A DNA stretch of 5,672 bases from an uncultured Erysipelotrichaceae bacterium (GTDB taxonomy: Bacteria > Bacillota_I > Bacilli_A > Erysipelotrichales > Erysipelotrichaceae). The notes beneath the pieces are model-generated. The model saw only the letters and a program-made list of their open reading frames with translations. It ran no database searches and was not told where the DNA came from. Below, piece by piece: positions 5,635 to 5,672 of the stretch. Within the stretch, counting starts at the first letter, position 1; each line of letters begins with the position of its first letter. The position numbers were made by a program, and so were the translations under genes. The DNA is taken from assembly GCA_964457525.1 (NCBI GenBank), contig CAYWGS010000100.1:1-5672 (forward strand), written 5' to 3'.

Positions 5635-5672
5635 ATGAACCTTAATCGTTTATTAGTTGAAAACAATATGAC
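5635..5672 (+). CDS. 5' end of an unidentified gene (12 codons, MNLNRLLVENNM...), truncated by the window edge
   Basis: The ATG lies 7 nt after the GGAG SD, downstream of a near-consensus promoter, and the frame stays open to the window end. The fragment is too short to assign a product. Confidence 0.4.
   Translation, partial: MNLNRLLVENNM

Overview
This is a chromosomal segment from a low-GC, Bacillota-like bacterium that uses the standard genetic code, since TGA and TAA act as stops. The right two-thirds (2230-5542, + strand) is a tightly packed, translationally coupled housekeeping operon: tmk, holB, ricT(yaaT), rsmI. Its predicted promoter lies in an 83-bp divergent intergenic region shared with a minus-strand NudF-type Nudix (ADP-ribose pyrophosphatase) gene (1616-2146). 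The left third holds one visibly more AT-rich minus-strand gene (117-1478), the only non-housekeeping element in the window. It encodes a three-module protein: a P-loop/AAA+ ATPase (Arch_ATPase/ATPase_2-like), a winged helix, and a C-terminal PD-(D/E)xK nuclease-like module (DUF234-like). It has its own putative promoter overlapped by TAGTATA/TATACTA repeats, and two hairpin terminators follow it. I consider it the best candidate here for an uncharacterised NTPase-nuclease conflict or defence gene. After rsmI come a hairpin, a near-consensus sigma-A promoter and the first 12 codons of a new + strand gene. I found no rRNA, tRNA, CRISPR array, IS element or integrase. All family assignments rest on motif reading and remembered homologues. 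No database search was run.
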